A stretch of 64,000 nt of DNA from a virus: the IMG/VR virus record IMGVR_UViG_3300006735_000026, positions 1-64,000 of that record; one strand, 5' to 3'. Both the position numbers and the translations under genes were made by a program. A model generated the notes under the pieces. That model made no database searches. It was not told the origin of the DNA and was given only the letters and a program-made list of their open reading frames with translations. Of the stretch, positions 28,656-43,600 are shown in pieces (positions within the stretch are counted from its first letter, which is position 1; every line of letters begins with the position of its first letter).

Positions 28656-31600
28656 GGATCTCTGGATCGATAACCTCTTCACCGTATAGGGAAAGATCTG
28701 GTGCAGTCCAATCATCAGGAACAGATGTTTCAACGATGACTTCTGGATTCTGATAACCAGAACCAGCATTGCTCATCTCAACACCCGCAACACCTACCAG
28801 TGCGCGTACTTGACCATCGAATCCAGAAATAGAGTCAAGTCTTACAGTAGGTCTAGATGTGTAGTTGGAACCGCCAGCGGTAACCTGTACCCTGTCAATG
28901 AATCCACTTGTCAGGTTCGCGGACGCTTGTCCGTCTTGCCCGAAGACAGATCCCAGATAATCGAATGTAATCAGGGAGTTTGAAGATTCAATCAGAGCAA
29001 CTTCTCTTGGTGATGTCTCACCTTGAATCTCGATAAAGTCACCAGATTCAATTGGCGGAACAACAGTTGCTGCTTCAACGTCTGCTTCAGAACCAACGTA
29101 GGAGAATGCGACGAATGTCGATCCAACACGAGGAATTTCTGAGAAGATAATTCTAGAACCAACAATTTCAAAACCAACACCAGGTTCCTGCAGAACACCA
29201 TTGATAGAAACAATAATGTTATTTTCAGGTCTAATGACGCTCGATTGAACACCATCAGTCAGTGTCAGTGAATAGAATACATCATTACGCTTGAGGTTGA
29301 AGGACTGACGTAAGGAGTCAAACTCAAACGAAATATCATCTAACTGTCTCAACTTACCAACATAGAATCCAGTGAAGGATGCGCCAGGATCAGGTGCTTC
29401 AGTGAATTGAATTTCATCAGAGAATGCTGTGAATGCATTCGTTGCACCAGGAGGTTGCAGAACACCATTGATAAAGATGAGCAAGTGACCAGCAGGATCA
29501 GGAAGATACTGTGTGCCATTGTCAGTGGTAAGTTTGAAGTTGGTTTGAGTGCCATCAAATCCTTTGAAAGCACGTTTTGTTCTTGCCTTCAGTTCAACCT
29601 TAGAAAGAACCGCTGCACGATATCCGTCAAGACCCTTGATAGAATCTTTAACATCAAATGTTCCACGAATATCACTCAGGTAGATTCTTCTGTTAAGACC
29701 AACTGGGCGAATATCCTGTACAAGAGCGGCAGCAGCGCCAGCAGTTGTAACCTTAGTGCTGATCGATGCATAACCAACAGGGAAACTGTTACCAACACCG
29801 TAATCACCAATCAGATCACCATTACTGAATGAACCAACAACTTCAGTGATGTAGATATAGTTGTTACCAAGATCAACTTCAGTAATAATACCGTAGTTGG
29901 AAGTATCTTGATTACCGTTAACAACCTTGTAAATTCTGTTGCCCACAGTGAATACATTCAATCCACTGACGATAGCAACTCCAAGTCTGATGTATCCTTC
30001 AGATGCGATTCTTTGACCCACCTGAACATCGAGACCAGCATACTTAGAAACATCCAGGTATTCTCTAGAGGACTCAGGATAGACAACCGAAGTCTTCTCG
30101 AAGGAACCGAGTAGCGACGGGGTATCTACTGTCAGAGTACCACCAGCATTGCTGGTTACTGCAGCTTGTGTCTTGAGGAATCCAGTAGGTGTAGCAGAAT
30201 TGCCACTTGTATATCCCTTGAATGGAATATCATTAGCGAAGTCACCTTTCAGATCAATTACATGCAATCTATCCTCTTCTGCACTGATTTGTGCAGTTGT
30301 GGAGTTTGTTGCACCGACGAGGGTATCTGTAACTGCCCAAGGACCAGCGGTAACACGAACATCAAGATACTTGTAGTTTGCATCTTCATGGAATCCATAA
30401 ACAACGCCAGTAACAGAAGGAGCACCTTGCTTGGTAACTACCTCACCCATAATGAATGGACCATCGGTGATAGTACCATCAATTCTAAATCTCTTATAAA
30501 CTTGAACAACCTTCGCTTCATTGACGGTAATACCTTCCAATTCAGCGTAAGAGTCACTGTTGAGACCGTAGATATAATCAGAACCTTGCAGACCACCAGC
30601 AATTCCGACAGGAATGTCTCTAACTCCATATGTCTTAGCGACCAAGGAAATGCCATTGACCTGAATAAGAGTTGTGTAGTAACTATCAGTTGTTAATTGC
30701 TCACGAATGATATTCAATCCATAACGAATAGATCTTTGAATAGTTGCCTTGGTGTAGTCACCTGCCTTAGTTGCATCATAGTAACTATAGAATCCAGCAC
30801 TGGTAGAAGGAGAAGTCAAAGTACCGTCGAGTGCTTGACCCATGAACCCTTCTAAGAGATTGATTGCATAGTTCTTAATGTTGTATTCAGTATCAGCGTA
30901 GAAGATTTCTCCACTGACTGCAGTGTATGGATCCAGAGCACCCTTATTGAGTTTTGCACCCCAGAGGTATGCACCAACGCTTCCATCACCAGTCCAGTTG
31001 TTTGCACCAGTAGCAGAGTTAACAATAACAGATGATCTGAGTGTAGAGAAACCAAATCCGAACGTTGTTGTGATATATGCTCTATACCAACCATCACCAT
31101 AAGGAACAGCACCAAATGCATCGCCTGTGATACCCCCTTGAGGAATAAACAGAGATCCTGTGGTTCCAGCGTTGAGATTGAGATCGAAGAAGATGTTCTG
31201 TTCAGAAGCAGCTCCAGGATCAAGGGTCAATTGGAATCTTACAGATTGAGATCCAGCAGTCTTGAAGAATACTGAATATGTGAATGTCTGAGTAGCATCG
31301 ATTCCAGCAGAACCTGTGTCAAAGGTTTCATTAGAAGTGTCAAACTTAACTGTGCCTGAGTCAAACGTTTCAAATGCAGTCAGACTGTAGTCTCTGAAAG
31401 TATCATGAACACCGCCATTTGAGTTTGCTGCGAAGAATTTCTCTGCAGTAACTGTAGCGTCAGGAGCAGCAATGCTGTTATTTGTAATCAGGAGTGAATC
31501 AACACCACCAAGATCATTCACCTGCCAGTTAGCAGCAAATGCCTCAGGATTAGTGAAGAGATTGATACCAGAAATTTGACCTGCGATGTTAGAAGTGATT

Positions 31601-34600
31601 GTTCTTGCCTTAGCAAGGATCTTAACGTTTGCAGGAGAAGTGTACCAATCGTAAGCAGAACTTACACCGCTAGTTGCGATAGTTCCTGTTGCACTAGAAG
31701 GTGCAGACAGAGTATCTGCTGCTGCCCATGCAGTGCCAGTAAATGCACCGACGTAGAGGATTTCATCTTCAGCATCCCAGTCGAGAACAGTTGCAGTTCC
31801 ACCACCGCTAGATGTAACCGTCTCACCAACTACAAAAGCACCAGTAGAAGCACTCAGAGTAATTGTATAAGCAGATACACTAACATCAACATCAGTAGTG
31901 ATCAAGTCATGTACGATATCATCAACTAAACCTTCAACAAAGGTGTCATAAGTCCATGCACCAACACCGAACTGTGCGATTGCTTGTGTGGAAATCTCTT
32001 CTTTGTAGTAGTTCTTGTTATACAGAAGATTCTTAGCAGCACTTCTTGCTTCATCCTTACCAGGTGCAAGGATAGCAACAGAGGTATCGACAAGATCTCT
32101 GATTCTGTAGATAACGTTGTTGATTGCTGTTGGGGTCAGGACATCACGGTATGCAGTCTGTGATGTGAATTGTGCTGCATACTGATCACCAGTTACAGCA
32201 GCGAATTGATCATACAGGAGATTTTGTACTGCTCTCTCAGCAAATGTCTTGAGTAATTCAATAGAGTAAATGGTAGCAAGTAACTCATTCTCAATGTGAT
32301 TGATAGTGAGGTTTGCATTCAGATACAATTCAATTGCTTGAATAGTGCTATTAGTACCACCAGTTTGAAGATCGGAGATAATGCTCAAGAGGATCAGTTT
32401 AAGATCTCTTTGGCAAGTTGCAGCACCATTAGAACCAGGATATGTCAATGCGCTGTAGTTAACACCATTCAGATCGTATGTAAATTCTTGAGTAGTGAGT
32501 CCAGTGATTTCTTCAGCAATATAATTTCTGTTGAAATAGATTCTATCAGCAGCAATTTCAAAGTCCTCATCAGTAGGAGCGATAATATCATTGATTGTTG
32601 TAATCAGCGTGTCAATAGCGGATTGTACGTTTGCACAGTTGCCACCATCTTGAGTGATACCCCAATCGCCAACAATGATTGCATCGGTATTAGTTTCATC
32701 GAGATCACCAGTAATCGCTTGCTTAGCATAATAACCTAAACGGTCATGTGCGTAGATTGACTGGAATGCCTGCAGTCTGATGTGTTGCAGTTCTCCATTA
32801 GCACCAACATAGAAGTTACCAGCAGTAATTGTATTTCTGTTACCACCATTTTCAATGTCATTAGCGATAGCATCGAGGATTTGTCCCAGGTCAGTCTTAC
32901 AACGGAGAGTACCATCGGTACTGCCACCATTCTGGTTTCTAGGCATATCCTGAGCGAGATCAGGATATCTTGCGATCATGTCTGCCGCTGCCTTATCGAC
33001 GATTGGTGTGCGGTTTGCACGGATCAAACCAGCAGCATCTCTGAATCTATACTGAGCATCACCATCAATTTGATTAGAATAAACCAGATCATTTACAGTA
33101 TCTTGATAACTGACTGTGAAGTCTGTTTCCAAGAATGCATCAACTGTTCCACCTTGGAATTCATATGCAGGTTCAACTTTGGTTACGCTTGCGAGGTGAT
33201 CGACAGGAGAACTCAGATTTGCGTTCTCAAGAGTATCAGTGATGATATCCATCAGGTTACCAACTGTGCTCCAGACATCAGCACAATCACCAGTGGTGTA
33301 ATCAAGAACCGTAACGGCATTTGCAGTTGCAGAAACAAATGTGTGTGCGTACTGCTGACCGACAGGTGAAGCACCAATATTAACAGTGATCGTAGTTCCA
33401 GTAACTGCTTTTACAGGGAGAACTGCATTGTATGCAGGATCAGGAGATCCATCACCAGCAATTGCACGAGGATATGCAGTTTGACGATCATTATTGTCTT
33501 GAGCACAAGTGAATGTGAGACTTTCTGTAGCAATACCAATTCTTGAAGCAGTTGTCAGAGAGTGAGATCCGATTGTAAGGACCAAATCACCTGATGCTGC
33601 ATCATAGGTTGTTGGTGCAGTGACATTGAACTGTGTGAAGGAACTTGTGGAAGAATCAGTGATTGTAGTATCAGTCTTCTGAGTCAGTCCATGAGAACCA
33701 GTAACAGTCCAAAGAGTATTTGTAATAATGTATTGTGCAATTTCTTTTGCTTTATCAAATGCCCAAACAGTTTCTACTTGCTCACCATCAACGTGATTGA
33801 TTGTGATAGGAGTTGTAGTTCTATTGACATACAGTGCTGCTGTATCCCAAATGTGACTATTACCACCATTGCGAAGGTCTTCAACCAACTCTTCAATAAC
33901 ATCTACAATATCATCTTCACAATTTACATTTCCGCCAGGAATTGCTAATGAAGGATATTGCTGAGTCAGTAAGTAAACAGTTTCCTTTGCAATGAAATCT
34001 TTGTTTGCAAGTAAGAGGTTTGCAGCATCATAATATCTCTGAGTCTTACCAGCGAATCCAGCAGGAGCGCCTGTAACTCTAGAAGTTGCAAGGATTGCAT
34101 CGTTATTGAATTCTTCACCCTTAGTGAATCCTTCAGAACCAGACCAATCATCAACATAGGTTTGACCTTCTGTACCATCAAAGTGAAGAAGTAACTTAGT
34201 ATTTGAATCACCTTGGAAGATGCCTGCTGGTGCAGTGAATGTACCAGTGTAACGAGCATTAGTAGAAACACGGAACTCATCGACATAACCAGGGAATACT
34301 GAAGCAGCGTTATAAGTAGCACCAATTCTAATTGGTTTGGTTGATCCATAGTTAGAAGCATCAGAGTAATCACTACCCTCTTGTGTTCCATTGAGGAACA
34401 TCTTAGTTGTACTACCGCTTCTGCTGATAGCAACGTGATACCAAGTTCCAGCAACTAAGTTTGTTGTACCAGTGATTGTAACACTACCATTGTTGTAGTA
34501 TTTCAGGTTTGCACCGTCGAGATACAGATATGGTGACAGTTCAGTTGCTGTTGTTCTGAAGTCAAAGAGTGTTTTACTTCCTGCAGCAACAGAGAGAGGT

Positions 34601-37600
34601 TTGATCCAAAGTTCAACTGTAAATGCACCTGTTCCGAAACCGAATTCGGTAGAGGTAGCGTAACTAATATACTCATCAACGGGGACTGCTCCAACATTAA
34701 CAGTGACTGTTGTAGAAGTAGTTGCGGTGATAGTAAGTGCCTGACCAGATGCAGGGTCAGTAGCACGAGGATATGTTTTATTGGAAGTGTTATTATCTTG
34801 ATCACAAGTAAATGTAATGCCATTGTCTGCAATGGTTACTTTATTACTAGTAGTCAGAGAGTGAGTTCCAATGTTAAGAACTAAGAGTCCTGAGAGAGCA
34901 TCATAAGTTGTTCCTGCTTGAGCAGTAAATGTTCCACTTGCACCAACAGATGCAGTGATTGCATTAGTGACACCACTAACAAAAGTATGAGGAGCAACGC
35001 CAGGAGAAAGTGCTAAACATGCAGTTCCATATCTCTCATTGTAAGTATTGAGACCTGCGCCAGCAGTAAAGGTTGCTGAATGATAATCTGCACCAGTAGA
35101 TTGAGTTCTACCAATCTTACCAAGATACAGGGTTCTTCTTGCTTGGTTGTAACCAATAACTTCTGCTTTAGTATCAGTGGTTCTGATTATCTGACCAGCA
35201 CCAAAGAATCCACTACCAACACTATCTTTGAATGTTAGTTTTCTAGTCTTACCAGGTTCATTTGCAAAGAAGTCAGCACTAGAAGTACCATATTCTAATT
35301 TGTAGTTACGAATAAATTCGTCTTGCTGAAGAGCACCAGATGCATTGTCGTAAGGGATTACGAAGTTATTGATAAGTTCGTTTGATGGGAAACGAATATC
35401 AAATGCAGTGGAGTTATCAGTGAAATCAACAATACTTACAGTTGATTTAGAAATATCATCTAAGACGATATTTGGATAAGTTTGTGATGTAATTCTGTTG
35501 AACAGCAGACCGAAGAAGGATGAACCTTCAGAGATGTTAACCTGTCCGATAAACTCTTGAGTTACAGGATCTTGATATGTCGCTGTAGATGTAATCTGAG
35601 CAACAACACCAGAAGATGCGCCGATGATAACATCGTTGAGTTCGATATCATAAAGACCAGGTGTCGATTGATATGTACCAGCAGTCTTGCTAAGAGTTAA
35701 GTCATCGGTGACAGAAATTTGTGTTCCGTAGATCGGAATATCTTCCTGTTGTGCTACTGGTTGAGTACCATCTTCACCCCTGGTTACACCAAGTGTTGTG
35801 GAATCAGATCCATCAGTAATAGTATTGACAGTAAAGATTTCAGATCCGAACTGATACTTTTGACCTTGGACAAATGTGCCAGCAGGAACAGGTGCATCTG
35901 CACCAGACGCAGTAGTTACAACTTCAAAGGTAGTAGTTGCAGCACCAATAGTGTAACGAAGATCGGCAAGAGGTGTTTCCTGACCTCTTTGCAGGTTGAT
36001 CTGTTCAACTTTAGCAGTATCACCTTGGAGATTAGTAACTGTCTCACCAAAAGCGAACAATCCAATGTTAGTGATTGGAGTATTAGTTGCCAAGTTAGCA
36101 GAGAATCCAGTTGCACCAACTGTGCAAAGTTCTCCGATAATGAACGTACCTTCAGTTACATAACCCTCAATGACATCACCAACAACCTTAGTTACAGTCA
36201 ATCTTGCTGTAGAAGATACACCGATCAGAGTATTACCTGTGTAAGGGAAGATACCACTTTGATTGGTGAATGTGAAACTTACCGTACTAATTTGATTTAC
36301 GGTAACATTTACATACTTGACGCTTGCAGGGGGTTGAGGTGGTTCGCTGAATACAATGGAATCTCCTTGAATTTCAAACGAAGTGTTTGGAGTTTGTGCA
36401 ACACCATTCAGAACAATCATCAACTGATTAGCGTTAGCAACAACGTTGCTACCAGAAACAGTCAGAGGGAATGCAATTCTTTCGCCATCAAACAGATTTG
36501 AAATATCATCAATACGCTGTACGACAGAAGTCAAGATGTTCTCTGAAGAGGTAAGTCTCTTCTGACGGAACAGAACTTCAGTATTATTGAACTCTGAATA
36601 CAGAGGTTCAACCAGCGAGAAGTTTTGAATGTTTGGAACGATTGATTCTCTTGCAAGTTCAACCGACTTAGTTAACTCAAAATCAGTAATCTTGTTAGGA
36701 ATTGAACCATACTCATTCAGATTCAACTCACCAAATACTTTGAACGAAGCGGGATGGACGTTCTTGATTAAGATATCCTTCCAATCGTCAATAGAGACAG
36801 AAGACTTAACAGCGTAAGAGAAGTCCTGATAGTAGTAAGAGTCTTGAATCTTTTGAATGATCTCAGAAGGCTTACCAACGTCATCAATAAATTGACCTGT
36901 AGTCTTGGTAATAGAACCAATCTCCAGAACACCTTTTGCGATCTTAAGATCACTAATGATACCAGAGGACTTAGAAATTACACCAGTTACTCTTTGATTT
37001 GCAGAGAAATCACCAGTGTAATCAACAATCTTAAGAATTCTAGGACCAACCTGCCAACCAGAGTTAGTAGAAACATAACCAGTCGCAGTTGCAGTCTCAA
37101 ATGTATCACCTTGATAAACCAACTCACCTTCAAGGAAAGTAGAAGTGATAACGTTTGCAGTTGCTGCAGCACCGAAAGATTCAGTCAGCAATGATTGTCT
37201 GCCAACACCAGCGTTAGCAAAGGTAATTGCATCACCAAGTTCGGCGTTAGCAGAAGTGATTGCAAGTTTTAACTGATCATCTTCCAGAGAGTTTGCACTA
37301 CCTGTGATTGCAAAGTAAGTTGTAGTAGAATTCAATCTACCCAAAGCACCTGCTGCCAGAGGGAAGTCAGCACCGTCACCAGTATCAGTTACTGTAAGAG
37401 TGACTTCAGATCCATTGACAATACCATGAGGGAATGCAAACTGCAGAAGACCCAAGTCAAGGTTAACAACATAGTTGAAAGAAGACTTCAGTGCAACTGC
37501 GGGTTCGGAAGAATAACCTGAACCAGGATCCTTTACAAGGATTTGATCAATACGACCATTTCTAATTGTTGCCTCAGCAATAGCACCAATACCACCGCCA

Positions 37601-40600
37601 CCTGTGATAACAACAGCAGGTGCCTGTGAGTAACCAGAACCAGGATTGGTAACAGTGATACTGTCAAGAATACTAGTAGATGTTAATTGTGCGTTGATCG
37701 GGAATGTGATCTCAGGACGCAGTGTATAGTCATGAGGATAATCATAACCAAAGTTGTTGTTCTTAAGTTTCTTAATCTTACCAACTTTATCACCTTTGGT
37801 GAAGATAGAAGCACCTGTACCGAAAGGAGGAATAACAACCTCCAACTCAGCACCAGATCCAGTCAAACCAGCACCCAAGATACCATCAATTGCTTCAATA
37901 TCAATCGTTGCTGTTGTATATCCTTTACCAGGAGAAGTAACAACAACTTCTTGAACTTGACCAGGGATCAGAACACCTTCAGAATCAGTGCCATCAGCAA
38001 CTAGGATAGAGACTAAACCGCCCTCACCATCTCCACCGATTGGAACGCCATTATACACACCAGGAGCGTATTCAGTACCAGGTTCGTTGATATCAACTCT
38101 TTCAATTTTACGAGAAGACTGAATGCCTGTTACGATAGGAAGTCTGGAGTAGAAACCACCAGCATTGACAATTCTGATGGAATCGATAGGACCAACTGCC
38201 TTTGTGGAAGAGGTGCTATAAGAAGATTGTGAAACTGTTGCGACACCTTCAGGTTCGTTGGGAAGTAAGAACTTAAAGACGTTATCGCCAGTAGTAATTG
38301 TACCACCAGAAGTATCTGTGACAGTAAAGGTTCCCAGATAGGGAGAATCAACAATATCAAGATAACTACCAGCAGCGATAGGAGACTCACTACCAGTTCT
38401 GGAAGGATCGAAGTAATATGAGATATTAGTTACAATATCACGATCAACTTTCAGTTTTACAGTAGGAGTGGGTTGTCCTTCACCAGTCAAACCAGGTGTT
38501 CCAATTCTCTCAATAGAGTTGAAGGAATATTCCAGTTTGAACAGATTATCTTTGGAGAACGACAGGTTTGCACCAGCCATAGAAGAGTGACTGAGATCAA
38601 ACAGATACTGGTGACCATAGTACATCTTCAAGACAGGAGACTTGACGAAGATGCTTACACCACCTGCTGATGTTGCAGGAGCAGTGATTGCTGCTGCGCT
38701 TAACTTGTATGTAAATTCCTTAGAACTTACTACGCGATCAACAGTGAATGATCCATCATATTCATCATATGTGACACCACCAGATTCTTGAGATGGGTTA
38801 CCATCAACATTAATATTCTCACCTGCTGTCAGATAATGCTTGTCAGCAGTAATTACATAAACTTCATCAGTATTAGCAACTGCAGTACATTGCAGAGTCT
38901 TGCTTAGAGTAGAAACTAAGGTGATCTTCAGAACACCAGTAAGGTTCGTAATCTGAGCAGTAGTAAATGCTGCATTGAATGAAATATCAGATGCTGTGAT
39001 GTTAACAACAGATCCAACGATGAAAGATGATGATCCAGAAACCTCTTCAATCTTAACACTGTAGAAATCAGTATTGAAAGGTTTAAACGTAGCGAAAGAA
39101 TCAAGATTCTGACCGCCACCTGCATTATATGTTCCGTCTAAATTATACTTGTCAAGATCAATATCGAATGTGCCAGGTGTAGTATTGTCAATCTTCTCAA
39201 AGATGTAATCTGTAATATCATTGATATCTTGAGGTACAGGACCAGTGATACCGTAAGTGCTTTGCTCTGCAAATTGCTCAGTAACCAGATTACCAGTATT
39301 CAGATCATCAGACCAAGCATTGTTATTGACAGCAACCAATACTTTATTATTGACTTTATCAACGCTTAAGATATATCCACTATTGACAAAAGTTCCTGCA
39401 GCATTGTTTAAACGCAGTTTTGCACCAACAGTGAAATTGAATGCTTGGTTGATAGTAAGTTCCTGAACATTGTCGATCTTGACAGTGTTAGTAACTTTCA
39501 TGTAATAACGGTTTCTGACAACTGCAGTTACCTTCAGTTTTTGAGATCCAGGTGAAGGTACTGTAGAAGTTCTAGAACTCCACTCATCAACAGCATATGT
39601 CAATGTCTCAGTGTCTTGTGCTAACGTAATTGTTGCATCGTCAAAGTCTAAAGTTTGCAGTCCAACATCACCCAGAGCAAGTCCGATATTAGTTACGGTA
39701 AGAGTTGATCCTGTGACAGGAGTGATAGCAGATCTACCAAAACCAATTCCAGTATTAGTTTGGACACCCTTATCACCAAGTCTTGCTGCATCGGAGTTTT
39801 TATCAGTTTTGATACCCCAACCGATGTAGTCAATGTAGTCATAACGATTCAGGTTAGTTGTAAACCAAGCGGTATCAACCCAACTGAACGCAAGACCGTA
39901 TGCACCAGAAGCAGGAAGTGCCGAGACATCGCTAGGAACTGTAGGAGTAACTGCTCTGTTTCTAAGTCTAATGTTGTCGAAGTATCCTTGGAACTGTTCG
40001 TTCTTACGGAACTGTCCAAGAGTTGTGCTTCTACCAGGAATATTACCGAAGAACAGATCTTTGTTTCCAAGACTGGTGCTTGCAATAGTACCAGTGAATA
40101 CCTGAATACCATTGATGTATCCAGTGAAACTATTACCAGATTTCTGAACTGCAACAAATTGCCAGGTATTATCGGCAAACATAGTTGTCGATACTGACTG
40201 TAGTGCGCTACCTGCAGAATTAAGAGCAGTTGTGTTATTTGTAACAACTAATTCCAGTTTGCCACTAGAAAGATCATAGTACAACCAGAGACCACCAGTA
40301 GAAACGGTAGCATCGCCAATCGCCATCAATGTGACTTGAGTTTGACTATGAGTATTGTACTCAGAACCATTCTTATAGACCATGAATTCACAGGTCCAGT
40401 CATCATTCAACTTAGTTCCAAGTTGTGCCGCAGGAATCTTGATATTTGCATTTTCCCATACAGAAGGAGATGCAGTTTGATATGCAGGCATGTATGCCGC
40501 ATTTGCAAGATACTGAATTGCACCATTGGTTCCAGTATATGTGGCAGTGTAGTGAGAACAACTATCACCAGTTTCACCAGATTCAAAAGCGAAGATGAAT

Positions 40601-43600
40601 TCATTTCGGTTCCAGGAAGTTTGACCGAATGTATAAACATCACCTGAGTTATCAACCGCTAAAGCATGTGCTGAAATACCTTCAATATTATTCTTATTAA
40701 ATTCATTATTGGTATGAGTCTTTAACTTACCATCATAACCAATTTTGACAGTATCTACAGTTTTGTATGTTGTAGTATTATCAGTTCTGCTGAATGCTAC
40801 GTTCAGGTCACCGAAAATGTCAATGACACACTTTTTAGCAACTTCAACAGTCTGACCACTAGGAGCAACATATCTGTAGTTCCAAAGAAGATCTCCAGTT
40901 GTATCGAATTTACCAACCCAGAAACTATCTTTAGTAGTATTGTCAGACTTGAGTCTCAGTGTTGCAGAAACATAGCACTCTTTAAACTCATCACTGACCA
41001 AACTTACATCGAGGAAGGAATATAAAGAACTATTGACTTCCTTAATCCATTCAACAGTAATTGCACTGGTTCCGATAAGTGCTTTACCGAAAGATACTCT
41101 AATATCATCATTACCAGAAGCATCTGCAGTTTCTAAGACAAAGTAAACTGCATCGTCAAGAACAATCAGGTCGCGAAGTTTTTCTGACTTAGAAGAAGTC
41201 GAAATTTTTCTCTTTGCAGCAAAATTACCAGTTGAATCAATAGATGCGATGAATGCATCATATGGATTTGCTGAGTTGGTATTTGTAAAACCACCAATAA
41301 TATAACGAGTATCAGAATATCTCTTGATTGCAGTTACATGGTCTGCACGAGTAGAACCAGAGATACCAGCATAACCTTTTTGGAAATTCAGAGTTGCACT
41401 AAGTCCATCAGCAGCCTGAGTGTATTTTGCAAGAATGATATCAGGATTATATGCAGCAAGAATTGGAGCATTGGGTTTGTTTTCACCAACTACCCAAATG
41501 TTATTGCCACTAACATCAATATTATTGAATTCTGTATAAGTTTCACCTGTTTGACTTTCTAAAGTCTTCTCCCATTCTTTTACTCCAAGAGCAGAGAACT
41601 TAGAAACAAATGCAACTTCATTGCTATTGGCATCTAAAGTTTTACCACAAACAAAGAGTTCTTTATCATCATTTACGACAATATCATTAACTTTTACATA
41701 ATTTTGATTTGCAATAGTAGATACATAATAATCTGCTTTTTTGAATACCTGAGGATGACTTAAGATAACTCTAGGGTTCTTAGTATATCCAGAACCAGAA
41801 TTAACAATGTTAACTGTTTCAATCGATCCAACAGATGTAACTACTGCTTTCAATTCTGCCGATTCTCCATCACCATCAATAATAATGGTAGGAGGAATCT
41901 CCTCATCGTATCCAGATCCACTCTGTTCAATTACGAGTTCTTCAATACCTTTTAACTGACGAACAACAAACTGCTTGTTTGTGTTGTCCATTACAGGATT
42001 GTAATTCACATAAACCGTATCGCCAGCAGCAATGTTATGTGGAACTTGTGTTTGAACAACACCATAGTTCTTATCACTTACTGTTTCAAAACCATAAGAT
42101 GTGATTGTCTCACCAGTAATTCTAGAAACACGAGCAGATACGCCAATGCCCTCAGTATCAGTATTGTCAAATGTTAGAATGTCATTTACCTGATAACTCT
42201 TACCAGGGTTTTCAACAATGAATCCTGTTACAGCAGCATCTTCAAACTTGGTAATAGTTTCAACTTCAATATCAACCTTAGAATCGAATCTTACTGAAGG
42301 GAAGTAATCGAAGAGTTGTAAAGGAGATTCTTCAAACAGTTGATCGGGATCAGCAGTCTCTGCTGCATCGATAATACCGTCTCTGTTCTCGTCTTCTACG
42401 TCAAACAGGAGAATGTCACCACCCTCAGTGGTTAGGGCGTTTGTAGAGGCATTTGGTGCCCTCTCAACGTCAATATCAACGTTCTCATAGGGATCTCTGT
42501 AGCGGACAACACCTGTAGGAATATTTTGCTGTACAGCATCTTTATTCAGGTTCCAAGAATCAACAACTGAGTTGAAATCTGGACCCATGACATATGGGAA
42601 CAATGCATTACCTAACTCGGTAGTGTCAATAGTGACAAAATAGCAATACCTACCTTCTGGGAAGTCTGGTGTCTTACAGAAACGACCATTATACTGATCC
42701 AGATCACCTAAACCAAAGACATACTCATAGTCTTCAATAAACTTACCTGCTGGTTCATCAGTCAGTAAAGGTCCAGCAGTTCTAACAGGATACGGATTTG
42801 TATCTGCATTATAAACAATATTTGTCTTCAGACGGTATGAAGTATCAAGTCTAGTGATTTCAGATGATTGATCTGTAGGATCGGTGTATCCATAAGGACC
42901 ATAGATGGGGTTACCGTCAAACGACCAACCAATAATAGGAGAGTGTGTTAACTGATCTTCTTGCTCTCTGATATCACCATTAGTATTTTCAAATAAGTTA
43001 TCACCCAGAATATATCTCAGTCTCTGAGGATTGGAAAGGTGTGCATACTCACCACCATACTGATTATTGAATCCAGCAAATACAGCACCCTGAGCAGAGT
43101 CAAATGTGGTGGTTTGCTCTAAGTTGTATGTCCATTGGAATACATTAGAACTAAATGTCGCATTGTTACCAACAGATGTCAAGTTAATCAGAGTTGTACC
43201 CTGAACGTAGTTGATACCTCTGTTCAGAATTTCAATACTAGTCACCCTACCAGCATTTTCACCATCAGTATCGATAGTTGCACGAGCAAGGGCACCGAAA
43301 CCATCACCTTGAATTGTGATTTCAGGAGCAGTTGTATATCCGCTACCTGCAGAGATGATAGCGATAGAAATAATTCTTCCGTTACTAACGATTGCTTGAG
43401 CAACAGCGCCAGAACCAGAACTCAAAGAAATAGTGGGTTTGGAGGTATAAGATGCACCACCCTCATCAACAGAGATAGATCTAATAGGACCACGAACAGA
43501 TGCGGTTGCAGTTGCACCAGTACCACCGCCACCAACGATAGTGATTGACGGTTGTGAGGTGTATCCTGTACCACCAGAATTCATAAGAATCCTAGAGACA

